Source of the DNA: Pyrinomonadaceae bacterium
GTDB lineage: Bacteria > Acidobacteriota > Blastocatellia > Pyrinomonadales > Pyrinomonadaceae
Direction: 5' to 3'
Assembly: GCA_045807805.1 (NCBI GenBank)
Contig: JBJMGR010000196.1
Location: 189 to 64,188 of the forward strand
DNA: 64,000 nucleotides
This document shows, one piece after another, positions 54,033 through 63,211 of the stretch (position 1 is the first letter of the stretch; each line of letters starts with the position of its first letter). The position numbers and the translations under genes are program-made. The notes beneath the pieces were generated by a model. That model worked only from the letters and a program-made list of their open reading frames with translations. It was not told the DNA's origin and searched no databases.

Positions 54033-55409
54033 CTACTCCGGTACTTGCTCGTATTCGTCGAGGCCGCCTGCGCGTGCGCTGTCGAACTCGGAGGCGGAGA
54101 GGCGTATCGCCATCGTCTGCGGTGAGTAGGTGAAGGGGAGCGGGCCGCCGCGCGTCGTCTGCATTTCCGAGACGAGCGAGTCCTGCCACTGCCGGAAGCG
54201 TACGACCGAGCCGCGCTGGTCGAGTATGACGAAGAGGAGCGTCGCGCCGTCGCGCGTGCGCATCTGGCCGACGAGCGCGCTCGCGCCGCCGTCGGTGCGC
54301 GGCAGCGTGCCGGTCTTCGCGATGATGCTTCCGCGGTTCGGCCTGTCCGCGTAACGCTTCTGCAAGGTGCCGGGGTCAACGCCCGCGACCGGGAGAATGT
54401 CCGCCGCCTTCAGATTCGACTCGTGCAACGTGTCGAGCAGCGCGCGGTAGACCTTCAACATCTGCCGGGGCGTGAGGCGGTTCGTGCCGAGGCCGCTCGT
54501 CGAGGAGAGGCGAAACTCGCCGCGCTTGAAACCAAGCTCGCGCGAGAGGAAGTCTTCCAACCCCTGCGCGCCGCCGAGTTGATCGCCGAGCCGCTCGGCC
54601 ATGAAATTGTTCGAGTAGCAGAGAAGGACTTTGAGCACGTCCACGAGCGCGGGCGAGTAGTGCGTCGAGATTGCGCGCGCGCCCTTCGGCACCGCGTCAA
54701 CATAGACCGCGCCCATCACGACGACGCTCGGAGTCGAGCGCAGTGCGTCCGCGTCGTTCATCGCCGCGCGCGAATCCGTCCAGGCGCGCACGGCCGCCGC
54801 GGGCCTGCGCGCCGCGTCGAGCGTGTCGTAGAGACGCTCGCCCGAGCGTTGCGAGGATGCGTTGAAGTTCATCGTGAAGCGCGGCGCGACGACGAGGTCG
54901 CCCGTCACATTCCTGATGCCGAGTTGATTGAGTTCGCGCGCGACCGCGACCGCGTGCTCGTCGTGGAAAGAGGGGTCGCGGCCCGAGACCACGAGGTCGC
55001 CCGTGACCGTGCCGGTCGTCTTGTCGAACGTGCCTGTTATCCAGAAGGTCGTCGCGAAACGGTGCTTCGGCCCGAACGTGCGGAGCGCGTCGAGCGCCGT
55101 CAAGAGCTTCACAGCCGAGGCGGGGTTGAACGCCTGGTCCGCCGCCTGCTCTCGCACGACGCCGCCTTCGAGTGTCTCGACCAGCACGCCCTGATGGCTG
55201 AAGCCCGGCTGCTCTTCGTCGCGCGGCGGAACGTCTTCCGCGACCGTGCTATCGTTCGCCGACGGCGGTAGCGGCGATACGCTGATCGGAGTCGAGGGCG
55301 TCGGCTGCGGCGTCGTGGTCGGCGGCGTGCCGACGCTTACCTGCGCGCGCGCGGCCGATGCGGGCGCGAACAGAATGACGAGCGCGATAATGAAACGTAA
55401 AGTCTTCAA
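54033..55409 (-). CDS. dacB: D-alanyl-D-alanine carboxypeptidase/endopeptidase, PBP4 (peptidase S13) family
   Basis: Signal peptide. SxxK (PASAVK), SxN (YSNN) and KTG (AKTGTL) motifs are present in the right order. Confidence 0.85.
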   Translation of the reverse strand: MKTLRFIIALVILFAPASAARAQVSVGTPPTTTPQPTPSTPISVSPLPPSANDSTVAEDVPPRDEEQPGFSHQGVLVETLEGGVVREQAADQAFNPASAVKLLTALDALRTFGPKHRFATTFWITGTFDKTTGTVTGDLVVSGRDPSFHDEHAVAVARELNQLGIRNVTGDLVVAPRFTMNFNASSQRSGERLYDTLDAARRPAAAVRAWTDSRAAMNDADALRSTPSVVVMGAVYVDAVPKGARAISTHYSPALVDVLKVLLCYSNNFMAERLGDQLGGAQGLEDFLSRELGFKRGEFRLSSTSGLGTNRLTPRQMLKVYRALLDTLHESNLKAADILPVAGVDPGTLQKRYADRPNRGSIIAKTGTLPRTDGGASALVGQMRTRDGATLLFVILDQRGSVVRFRQWQDSLVSEMQTTRGGPLPFTYSPQTMAIRLSASEFDSARAGGLDEYEQVPE

Positions 55410-55616
55410 CTCTTAAACTCCAATCCCCTTGTTAAGCCTCACCGCCCGCGACGAAGAGGGCGCGCCAATGATAGCACTGAACGCTTTCGCGGGCGGGCGC
55501 CGATTTTCGGGGGAAGAGTCGCGGGGGCGAACGCTTGGATGCAAACCGGCATCGTACGCGATGTATGCACATCTGAAGCGCCGTAAACGCGCAATGCAAC
55601 CACCGTTCCGAAATGA

Positions 55617-55695
55617 GTTCAAAGTTCAAAGTTTCAAGTTCAAAGTTAGAAGGCGCGTGCCCTTAACTTTGAACCTGCAACTTTGAACTTGAAAC
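55617..55695. repeat. CAAAGTT-class heptamer hairpin element (copy 6)
   Basis: gttcaaagttcaaagtttcaagttcaaagtt - loop agaaggcgcgtgccct (the same 16 nt open the 17-nt loop of copy 4) - taactttgaacctgcaactttgaacttgaaac. Confidence 0.85.
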
Positions 55696-56453
55696 TCTCT
55701 TTTGACATTCAAGAAAGCGCGCCCATAGAATTTCGTTCAAGTTCGGAGTCGGTTAGTCCAGCCTCTTTCTTGAAATTAAGTATCGAACAAGTGCGGCGAG
55801 ATAGAGAGCCCGTCACGCTGGAGAAGATTCGCGCCGCACACATTGAGCGGCGGCGTGAGATACGCGCGCGCCTCGCGGAGTTCGAGGCGGTGCGGCGCAC
55901 GGCCACGGACGAGAGGCTCTGGGAGGAGCTGGTCTTCTGCATCTTCACCGCGGGCGCGTCGGCGCGCATGGGGCTCGGCTCAATCGAGGCCGTGCGACAC
56001 CTGCTCGCGTGTGGAACGCATGAAGAGCTTGCCGCCGCTCTTCAAAGCAAGCACCGTTACCCGAACTCGCGCTCGGGCTACATCGTCGTGACGCGCTCTT
56101 ACCTCGAATCGGACTGCCGCATGCGTCTGCGCGAGCGGCTCGAAAATTTTGAAGACCCGATAGAGCGGCGCGACTGGCTCGCGCGCACGCGCGAGATAAA
56201 GGGCCTGGGCTACAAAGAGTCGAGCCACTTTCTTCGCAACGTCGGTTACAGAGGCTATGCGATACTCGACAAGCACATTCTCCGCTGCCTCTCCGAAGTC
56301 GGGGTGCTAGACTCTCCTCAGCCGCCCTCGACGCGCGCGCGCTATATCTCGACGGAGGAGCGTCTGCGACGCTTCGCGGACGACCTCGGCGTAGACTTCG
56401 ACGAACTCGACCTCGTACTCTGGTCTATGAAGACCGGAGAGATTTTGAAATGA
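55683..56453 (+). CDS. ogg: 8-oxoguanine DNA glycosylase/AP lyase, Ogg2 (archaeal/clostridial) type
   Basis: LWEELVFCIFTAGASA, RYPNSRSGYIV, HhH-GPD region IKGLGYKESSHFLRNVGYRGYAILDKHIL. The track start at 55683 lies in the hairpin arm. In-frame TTG 55770 or GVG-type GTG 55791 are more likely starts. Confidence 0.75.
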   Translation: MNLKLSFDIQESAPIEFRSSSESVSPASFLKLSIEQVRRDREPVTLEKIRAAHIERRREIRARLAEFEAVRRTATDERLWEELVFCIFTAGASARMGLGSIEAVRHLLACGTHEELAAALQSKHRYPNSRSGYIVVTRSYLESDCRMRLRERLENFEDPIERRDWLARTREIKGLGYKESSHFLRNVGYRGYAILDKHILRCLSEVGVLDSPQPPSTRARYISTEERLRRFADDLGVDFDELDLVLWSMKTGEILK

Positions 56454-56526
56454 TGAATGATGAACGCGGGACGATGAATGAAAACAGCTTGCCTTCTATT
56501 CATCATTCATCGTCCCGCGTTCATCA
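56451..56526. repeat. heptamer-periodic hairpin element, TGATGAA word class
   Basis: tgatgaatgatgaacgcgggacgatgaatgaa (begins in the ogg stop codon) pairs with ttcatcattcatcgtcccgcgttcatca. Confidence 0.85.
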
Positions 56527-56549
56527 CTTGCCTTGAAAGTTGGTTCACC

Positions 56550-58130
56550 ATGAGAAAGCTTCTAGTTCGTGCGGTGATTGTGGCGGCCGCGTTTGCGTTC
56601 CTCGGGGCTTCTTCGACGCGCGGCGCGGCGGCGGCGGCGTCGGGCGGCAAGTCGCGCGAGCGCGCCGAGCGCGCGATGAAGGCGGGCGAGTTCGCGGAGG
56701 CCGAAGGGCTCTACCGCGAGCTTGTCGCGAAGGACGCGCGCGACGCCCCTGCGCGTCTGGGTTTGAGCCTCGCGCTCCTCAAGCAGCGCAAGAATATGGA
56801 CGCATACGATCAGGCGGCGCGCGTCCTCGGCATCGACCCAACCTCGGCGCGCGCTCACTCGCTGCTCGGCACCGCGCTTCTCAACTCGGGTGACTTCCGA
56901 CTCTCGGTCGAAGAGTTCCGCACGGCGCTCTCCTTCAAGGAGGACGACGCGATGTCAATCGCGGGGCTCGCGATGGTGGACTTCTACGAGAACCGCCTCG
57001 GCCCGAGCCTCGCGGGACTCCGGCGCGCGGCCTTCATCGACGGCAACGAGCCCGACTACGCATACAACCTCGGGCAGGTGGCCGCGCGCTACGAGCGTTA
57101 CAAGGAGGCGGCCGACGCCTACGAGCAGTTCCTGCGCATCGCGCCGCGCTCGGACGAAGAGAGGCGCGCGCGCATACGCGGCCTCATAGACTTTCTGCGC
57201 TACCTCGGCGCGCAGTCGAGCCTGCTCGACGCGGCCGGTGCGAACGACGTGACCGTCCCCTTCGAGATAGTCAACAACCGTCCAATCATCCGCGTGAAGA
57301 TAAACGGCGCGAAGGAGCCGCTGCGCTTCGTCATAGACACGGGCGCGGGGATGTGCGTCATCTCGCTGGCGGCGGCCGACCGGCTGGGACTGAAGCCCGT
57401 GGCGCGCGGCGGGATGGCGCGCGCGGTCGGCGGCGCGGGGCGCTTCGAGATCATCTACGGCTTCATACAGTCTTTGCAGATAGGCGAGACGAGAGTCGAG
57501 CGCGTGCCCGTCTACATTCGACAGTTCTTCAGCGATCAGGAGACGGTTGACGGCTACATAGGTCTGTCGGTCTTGAGCAAGTACCTCTCTACCGTTGACT
57601 ACGCCGGGCAGAAGATGACGCTCCTGCGCGGCGACGCGCGCGGAGGCGCGGCCGAGCCTCCGGCGGGAGCCATCGAGATTCCGATACGCACGACTTCGAG
57701 CGGCTTCTGGAGCGGCGAGGTCAACATCGAGGGGCTTGAGAAGCCTGCCAACTTCATCATCGACACGGGCGCGAGCATCTCCGTCGTCTCGCAGGCGCTT
57801 GCCACGCGCGCGGGGATGGACAGGCTCGCGCAGTCCGGCCGCATAAGGGTCTACGGCGCGGCCGGTCTCGCGGACAACATACAGACGATACTCCTGCCGC
57901 GCATCTCGCTCGGCACGCAGGAGCGCCAGAACGTCTACGCGGCCGTGCTGGACATGGACCCGATAAACGAGACGGCCGGGTTCGAGCAGACCGGCATCGT
58001 CGGCGGGAACATCCTGCGCCACTTCCGCGTCAGCTTCGACTTCGTGCACGGCGTCGTCCGCCTTGAGCCCGTCTCGACCGCGACGCCCGACGAGCAGAAG
58101 GGCAAGCCCGTCGTCATCAGCAATCCGTAA
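56550..58130 (+). CDS. secreted TPR-repeat protein with two retropepsin-like aspartyl protease domains
   Basis: Signal peptide MRKLLVRAVIVAAAFAFLGASS. TPR region. Two DTGA active-site motifs (FVIDTGAGMCVIS; FIIDTGASISVVS). Confidence 0.75.
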   Translation: MRKLLVRAVIVAAAFAFLGASSTRGAAAAASGGKSRERAERAMKAGEFAEAEGLYRELVAKDARDAPARLGLSLALLKQRKNMDAYDQAARVLGIDPTSARAHSLLGTALLNSGDFRLSVEEFRTALSFKEDDAMSIAGLAMVDFYENRLGPSLAGLRRAAFIDGNEPDYAYNLGQVAARYERYKEAADAYEQFLRIAPRSDEERRARIRGLIDFLRYLGAQSSLLDAAGANDVTVPFEIVNNRPIIRVKINGAKEPLRFVIDTGAGMCVISLAAADRLGLKPVARGGMARAVGGAGRFEIIYGFIQSLQIGETRVERVPVYIRQFFSDQETVDGYIGLSVLSKYLSTVDYAGQKMTLLRGDARGGAAEPPAGAIEIPIRTTSSGFWSGEVNIEGLEKPANFIIDTGASISVVSQALATRAGMDRLAQSGRIRVYGAAGLADNIQTILLPRISLGTQERQNVYAAVLDMDPINETAGFEQTGIVGGNILRHFRVSFDFVHGVVRLEPVSTATPDEQKGKPVVISNP

Positions 58131-58139
58131 CGGCCGCCG

Positions 58140-58613
58140 ATGAAGCAGAGCATATATCTTGAGACCTCGGTCGTCGGCGCGTACCTCGACAACGGCGAGC
58201 CGTTCCGTCGCGACCTGACGATGCGCTGGTGGGAGCGCGAGATGGGCGAGTACCGCACGGTCGTCTCGCCGCTCGTCTCGCGCGAGTTGGAGCGCGTGCC
58301 TGAGCCGCACCGCACCGCGTATCTGAAATTGGTCGCGCCGCTCGAACAGGTGGACTTGACCGAGGAGGCGGCGATACTGGCCGAAGGCTACATCTCGCGC
58401 GGCATCTTCCACCGCAAGTATATCGGCGACGCGGTGCACGTCGCGGTTGCCTCGTTCCACAAAATAGATTATCTAGTGACGTGGAACTTCGGACACCTCG
58501 CGAACGTGCGGCGTCAGGCGCGCATACGACTCTTCAACACGGCCGCGGGCTTCTTCGTCCCGCAGATAGTGACGCCGGAGTTCCTCGTCTCGGAGATGAC
58601 GGAGAAAGGTTGA
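58140..58613 (+). CDS. PIN-like domain protein (possible toxin of a type II TA pair)
   Basis: IYLETSVVGAY near the N-terminus and GDAVHVAVASFHKIDYLVTWNFGHL near the C-terminus. This resembles the PIN-fold acidic-residue layout, but the first Asp is replaced by Glu. Confidence 0.55.
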   Translation: MKQSIYLETSVVGAYLDNGEPFRRDLTMRWWEREMGEYRTVVSPLVSRELERVPEPHRTAYLKLVAPLEQVDLTEEAAILAEGYISRGIFHRKYIGDAVHVAVASFHKIDYLVTWNFGHLANVRRQARIRLFNTAAGFFVPQIVTPEFLVSEMTEKG

Positions 58614-58687
58614 TAGTGATAAGCGATAAGTGATAAGAGGGGACGGCGCGTCTTCTTTCTCATCACTTATCACTTATCACTTATCAC
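58612..58687. repeat. heptamer-periodic hairpin element, GATAAGT word class
   Basis: gatagtgataagcgataagtgataagag pairs with ctcatcacttatcacttatcacttatcac. It starts inside the stop codon of the PIN-like gene. Confidence 0.85.
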
Positions 58688-58697
58688 TTCTGTTATC

Positions 58698-58910
58698 ATG
58701 TACCGCAAGCCAAGATTCCTCGAAGAGCTGCACGCGATACGCGAAGAGATGTCGCGCGAGGCCGACTACGACGTAGAGCTGTTCATGGAGATGGTGCGCA
58801 CGGGCACGCTCCCCGGCCACGGCCCCGTGCGGAACATACGCGGCTTCCGCTCGCGCGCCCCGCGCGCGGACGGCGCGGACGCGAAGCCCTCTCCGAGGAA
58901 GAGAGCGTAG
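58698..58910 (+). CDS. small hypothetical protein (70 aa), possible partner of the PIN-like protein
   Basis: MYRKPRFLEELHAIREEMSREADYDVELFMEMVRTG... A helical N-terminal half and a basic disordered tail. No family is recognised. Confidence 0.45.
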   Translation: MYRKPRFLEELHAIREEMSREADYDVELFMEMVRTGTLPGHGPVRNIRGFRSRAPRADGADAKPSPRKRA

Positions 58911-58928
58911 GAGTTTTCAGCTTTAATA

Positions 58929-59720
58929 ATGGAAGAGACGTTTGAAGCCATCGGACTTGAAGTCCCGAGCGAGAAGGACTTCAACCACCTCGCGGAGCGC
59001 GCGGGCGATCAGGGCGAGCCGACTCAGCTCTGCCGCCGCGGCGCAGTGCTGCACGGCCGCTGCTGGAAGCTCGGCGAAGGGCTCGAAGTCTGGACTGTGC
59101 TCTACGAGTCGGGCACGGGTGAAATCTTCTACGCCGACTGCCGACCCGGCTTCCGCGCGCGCTACACGCAGCGCATAAGCCCCTGGGCCTTGACCGAGTA
59201 CGACGAGGACGGCGAGGCGATAGTCCACGGCTACTGCGACGGCACCGAGACGGAAGTTCTCTTCGAGCTACAGAATCTCACGGAGGTCGGCCCCGAAGGC
59301 TTCCGCGCGCAGGAGCTTCACGTCGGCCTCTGCGGACTCGCATACCGCGCGCGCGTCTCCTCGAAGCGCGAAGAGACGGCGCGCTGGCAGCCGCTCGAAG
59401 AGGCCGCGCCCTCGCGCGCCGCGCACGAGAACGACTGGTGCCTGACGGGCCGCGTCATCTCGTTCAAGCCCTTAATCAATCCGCTTTCGGGCACGGAGCT
59501 TTATTGGGTCTACCTCGACCTCGAACGCCTGCGCCTCGAAGTGCTCGTCAACGCCAAGGCGCTGCGCGGCGACCCGCTCTCGGTCGGCGCCACCTTCTCG
59601 GCCGACGTTTGGCTACAGGGCCACGTCCTGGACCGCCGCACGCTCCTCTCACGCTACGAGGGCCGTGACGCCTCCGTCACGAAGGCTTCGCTCTGGTCGC
59701 ACCTGAGGAGAACGAATTGA
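58929..59720 (+). CDS. hypothetical protein
   Basis: 263-aa ORF with protein-like composition (W/Y/C/E-rich, for example GRCWKLGEGLEVWTVLYESGTGEIFYADCRPGF). I recognise no motif. Confidence 0.55.
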   Translation: MEETFEAIGLEVPSEKDFNHLAERAGDQGEPTQLCRRGAVLHGRCWKLGEGLEVWTVLYESGTGEIFYADCRPGFRARYTQRISPWALTEYDEDGEAIVHGYCDGTETEVLFELQNLTEVGPEGFRAQELHVGLCGLAYRARVSSKREETARWQPLEEAAPSRAAHENDWCLTGRVISFKPLINPLSGTELYWVYLDLERLRLEVLVNAKALRGDPLSVGATFSADVWLQGHVLDRRTLLSRYEGRDASVTKASLWSHLRRTN

Positions 59721-59743
59721 ACCGCGCCGTAGTTGTCCGACGA

Positions 59744-59778
59744 GCTGTTGCTGACCGCTGACCGCTGAATGCTTTCAA
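59744..59778. repeat. solo arm of the ATTCAGC-class heptamer element
   Basis: gctgttg ctgaccg ctgaccg ctgaatg ctttcaa. The 16-mer gctgaccgctgaatgc is the exact reverse complement of 25107-25122. No partner arm is found nearby. Confidence 0.7.
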
Positions 59779-59782
59779 CCTG

Positions 59783-60370
59783 ATGCCCGCGCTGAGACGA
59801 TTCTCCCTCTTACTGCTCTTCGTCCTCACGCTCTGCGCGGCCGGGCTCTACCTCTTCAACCGATATTGGATTCACCGCTTCGACGCGCTGATTGCGCGGC
59901 AGGCTGCGGTCTATCGCCAAGACCCCGACCTCGTCTGGAGCATCATCTATGAAGAGACCTACTTCAGCCCCTGGAAGCGCGGCGACGCGGGCGAGGTGGG
60001 CCTGATGCAGGTGACGCCCGCGGTCGCGCGCGAGTGGGCCGCGGAGACGGGTATGCGCGAACTCTCAGAGCAGATGCGTCGCGATTCCGACGCCGCGCTC
60101 CGAGACCCCGAGCGCAACATACAGGTCGGCTGCTGGTACCTCGAAAAGATAGCGCGCGACTACCGCGATACGCCCGGCGCGGAGGCGCGCGTCGTCGCCG
60201 CGTACAACGCGGGCCCGAGCCGCGCGGCGGAGTGGAATCGGGTGCCAGCGGGCCGCAAGCCCCTCACGGCCGACGAGTTCATCGCGCGCATAGACTTCCC
60301 CTCGACGCGCGCATACGTCTCGAACATACTCGAACGCTACCGTAAGAAGAAAGTGAGCAGTAAGCAGTGA
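59783..60370 (+). CDS. lytic transglycosylase (SLT domain) with N-terminal membrane anchor
   Basis: IIYEETYFSP (catalytic Glu region), GLMQVTP, AAYNAGPSRA. Confidence 0.85.
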   Translation: MPALRRFSLLLLFVLTLCAAGLYLFNRYWIHRFDALIARQAAVYRQDPDLVWSIIYEETYFSPWKRGDAGEVGLMQVTPAVAREWAAETGMRELSEQMRRDSDAALRDPERNIQVGCWYLEKIARDYRDTPGAEARVVAAYNAGPSRAAEWNRVPAGRKPLTADEFIARIDFPSTRAYVSNILERYRKKKVSSKQ

Positions 60371-60449
60371 ACGGTGAGCAGTGTTTGAATCCAATCGGGC
60401 GGTGCGCGTCCTCTTATAAACCGCTTACTGCTCACCGCTCACCGCTCAC
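60353..60449. repeat. heptamer-periodic hairpin element, GTGAGCA/GTAAGCA word class
   Basis: gtgagcagtaagcagtgaacggtgagcagtg (overlaps the last codons and stop of the SLT gene) pairs with ccgcttactgctcaccgctcaccgctcac (imperfect register). Confidence 0.8.
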
Positions 60450-60455
60450 TCTCTT

Positions 60456-61814
60456 ATGACCTATCGCGCTCTGCTCGCGTCGAACGCGGACTTCAGGAGG
60501 CTCTGGACGGGGCAGGTCGTCTCCGAGATAGGCGACTGGCTGAACAACATAGCCGTCCTCGCGCTCGTCATACAGCTCGCGGGCGCGACGGGCGTAGGGC
60601 TCGCCGTCGCGCTCTACGCGATTGCGCGACACCTTCCGCTCTTCATCTTCGGCCCCTTCGCGGGCGTCGTCGTTGACCGCGTGAACCGACGCCGCGTGAT
60701 GATTGCGGCCGACGTGACGCGCGCCGTGCTCGCGCTCGGCTTCCTGCAAGCGTCGCGCCTCTCGTCGCTCGCGGTCATCTACGCGGTCGGCGCGGCGCTC
60801 TTCTCCGTCTCCGCATTCTTCAACGCGGCCAAGCGCGCCTCCATCCCCAACCTCGTCGAAGGCACGGACGAACTGCTCTCGGCCAACTCGCTCTCAGCCT
60901 CGACGACGGCCGCGACCATCGCCGTCGGCTCCGCGCTCGGCGGCGTCGTCGCGACGGCGCTCGGCCGCGACGCCCTCTTCTTTCTCAACGCGTTCACCTT
61001 CATCGCCTCGGCCGAAATGATTCGGCGCATACGAAGGCCATTGAGCAGAAGGCGGAAGAGAGTGAGCAGTGAGCAGAGAGTAGTGAGCAGTAATGATGAG
61101 ATGATCGGCCTTGAAGTTCAGACGCCCGAAGTTACCGCTTACCGCTCGCCGCTCACCGCTTACTTCTCGGACTTCCGCGAGGGGCTGCGTTACGTCAGAC
61201 GCGACCACGTTCTCTCGGCCGTCTTCATCGCGGCCGCGGGCTGGGGACTCGGCAACGGCGCGGCACGCGCCCTCTACAGCATCTTCGGCGCGCGGCTCGG
61301 CGAGCAGGCCGCCGCGAGTTGGGGCGCGGGCCTCCGCGCGGTCACGGAGCGCCCGACGGACTTCGGCATCTCGGTTCTGTTCGTTGCGATGGGGTTGGGC
61401 GGCGTGTTGGGAGCGCCTCTGGCTCGACGTTTCAATCGCGGTGGCTCGGGCGACCTCGGCGCGCGCATGGGCCGCTCGCTCACGCTCGACGGCGCGGGGC
61501 TGCTCCTCTTCAGCTTCATGCCTAACCTGCTCGGCGCTTCCCTCGTACTCATTGCGCGCGAGATGAACTTCGCCATCTGGTGGACTGCACAGCAGACGCT
61601 CGTCATGCGTCGGACTGACGACCGCTTCGCGGGCCGCGTCTTCGCCTCCTTCGAGACCTTAACGACGCTCATGATGGTCGGCTCCATCCTCGTCTCGGGC
61701 AAGGTCGCAGACCGCCTCGGGATTCGACCCGTCGCGGCCGTAGGCGGTAGTGTGGTTATCCTCTCGGGGCTGCTCTGGTTCATACTGCGCCGTCGCGACG
61801 AGAAGAGACGATGA
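60456..61814 (+). CDS. MFS transporter (paralogue type of 21876-23204) carrying a repeat-element insertion in its central loop
   Basis: FRRLWTGQVVSEIGDWLNNIAVLALV and 12 predicted TM segments. The central loop is about 30 aa longer than in the other MFS gene, and the extra DNA is a GTGAGCA-class element. Confidence 0.85.
   Translation: MTYRALLASNADFRRLWTGQVVSEIGDWLNNIAVLALVIQLAGATGVGLAVALYAIARHLPLFIFGPFAGVVVDRVNRRRVMIAADVTRAVLALGFLQASRLSSLAVIYAVGAALFSVSAFFNAAKRASIPNLVEGTDELLSANSLSASTTAATIAVGSALGGVVATALGRDALFFLNAFTFIASAEMIRRIRRPLSRRRKRVSSEQRVVSSNDEMIGLEVQTPEVTAYRSPLTAYFSDFREGLRYVRRDHVLSAVFIAAAGWGLGNGAARALYSIFGARLGEQAAASWGAGLRAVTERPTDFGISVLFVAMGLGGVLGAPLARRFNRGGSGDLGARMGRSLTLDGAGLLLFSFMPNLLGASLVLIAREMNFAIWWTAQQTLVMRRTDDRFAGRVFASFETLTTLMMVGSILVSGKVADRLGIRPVAAVGGSVVILSGLLWFILRRRDEKRR
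61061..61163. repeat. GTGAGCA-class heptamer element embedded in frame within the MFS coding sequence
   Basis: Left arm agtgagcagtgagcagagagtagtgagcagtaa (61061-93) and right arm ttaccgcttaccgctcgccgctcaccgcttac (61132-63). They are translated as VSSEQRVVSSN...VTAYRSPLTAY. Confidence 0.75.
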
Positions 61815-63169
61815 CGAAAATCTACCGCGCGCGTTGGGTTCTGCCTGTGACTTCCGAGCCGATTGAAGACGGCGCGGTCGTAGTCGAAGGCACGCGCATA
61901 GTCGGCGTCGGCGCGCGCGCGTCGATGGAAGAGCGGTTCTCGTCGGCCGATACGGAAGACTTGGGCGAGGCGGTCATCACGCCGGGCTTCGTCAACTGCC
62001 ATTCGCATCTTGAGTTGACGGCGATGCGCGGCCTCCTCGAACCGGAGGAGGGCGACTTCTTCGCATGGCTGCGTAAAGTGACCATCTCGCGCGGCGAGCG
62101 AATGAGCGGCGAAGACATCTACGCTTCGGCCGCTTGGGGCGCAATCGAGGCCGCGCGCGCGGGCGTCACAAGCCTGGGCGACGCGAGCGACGCGGGCACA
62201 CACGTGATGCGCGCGCTACGCGACGCGGGCCTGCGCGGTACGGTCTTCGCGGAGGCGTTCGGCCCTGATGAGCGTCTGGCGCGCGAGCAGTTCGACAAGG
62301 CCCGCGCGAAGATTGAATCTTTGCGCGGCGGCGAGACTGCGCTCGTCAAGCTCGGGCTCTCGCCCCACTCGCCCTACGCGGTCGCGCCGCCGCTTCTCTC
62401 GATGCTCGCGCGCTTCGCACTCGAAGAGAGACTCCCGCTGATGATTCACGCGGCCGAGTCCGAGTCGGAGCAACTGCTCATGCTCGAAGGGCGCGGCCCG
62501 TTCGCCGAATCTTACGCGCGCCGCGGCTTCACGTTCGACTCGCCCGGCGTCTCGACCGTCCGGCACCTCGACCGAACCGGCATACTCGACACGCGCCCTC
62601 TCCTCGCGCACTGCGTGCGTGTTGACAGCGCGGACATAGAGTTAATGTCTGAGCGCGGCGCGTCGGTCGCGCACTGCCCGAAGTCGAACGCGAAGCTCGG
62701 GCATGGCCGCGCGCCTCTGGCCGCGTTGCTCGGCGCGGGTTTGGGCGTCGGCCTTGGGAGCGACTCGGTCGCGAGCAACAACACTTGCGACATGCTCGAA
62801 GAGTCGCGCTTCGCCGTGCTCGGCTCGCGCGCCGCGCGCGACACGCTCGAAGGCGGTCGCATGGTCGATGCCGCCGACGCGCTCCGCATGATGACTCTGA
62901 ACGGCGCGCGCGCTCTCAAACTCGATGCGACGGCGGGCGCGCTCGAAGAAGGGCTCGAAGCAGACCTCACGGCCGTACGCCTCGACGCGGCGCACCAGAC
63001 GCCCGCCTACGAACCCGCGTCCGCGCTCGTCTTCACCTCGTCGGCCCGCGACGTTACGCTCACGGTCGTCGCGGGCCGCGAACTCTTCCGCGATGGCCGC
63101 GTGACGACCGTTGATGAAGAGAGCTTGCGCGCGCGCGTGCGCGACATCGCGCGTCGCCTCGCCGCTTAG
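61811..63169 (+). CDS. amidohydrolase-superfamily deaminase/chlorohydrolase-like protein (MtaD/TrzA-type)
   Basis: Metal-binding HxH (FVNCHSHLE), SPHSPY, IHAAES, LAHCV, GLGSDS. There is a 4-nt overlap with the MFS gene. Confidence 0.8.
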   Translation: MTKIYRARWVLPVTSEPIEDGAVVVEGTRIVGVGARASMEERFSSADTEDLGEAVITPGFVNCHSHLELTAMRGLLEPEEGDFFAWLRKVTISRGERMSGEDIYASAAWGAIEAARAGVTSLGDASDAGTHVMRALRDAGLRGTVFAEAFGPDERLAREQFDKARAKIESLRGGETALVKLGLSPHSPYAVAPPLLSMLARFALEERLPLMIHAAESESEQLLMLEGRGPFAESYARRGFTFDSPGVSTVRHLDRTGILDTRPLLAHCVRVDSADIELMSERGASVAHCPKSNAKLGHGRAPLAALLGAGLGVGLGSDSVASNNTCDMLEESRFAVLGSRAARDTLEGGRMVDAADALRMMTLNGARALKLDATAGALEEGLEADLTAVRLDAAHQTPAYEPASALVFTSSARDVTLTVVAGRELFRDGRVTTVDEESLRARVRDIARRLAA

Positions 63170-63211
63170 GAGCGCTTTGAGCAGCGGCTCGCGCGGCTGT
63201 AAAGTTCTCGC

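Noticed and set aside
53567-54379. 270-aa minus-strand ORF spanning the intergenic region and the 3' end of dacB
   Set aside because: It is out of frame with dacB, extremely Arg/Ala/Ser-rich, runs through the heptamer hairpin, and has no motifs.
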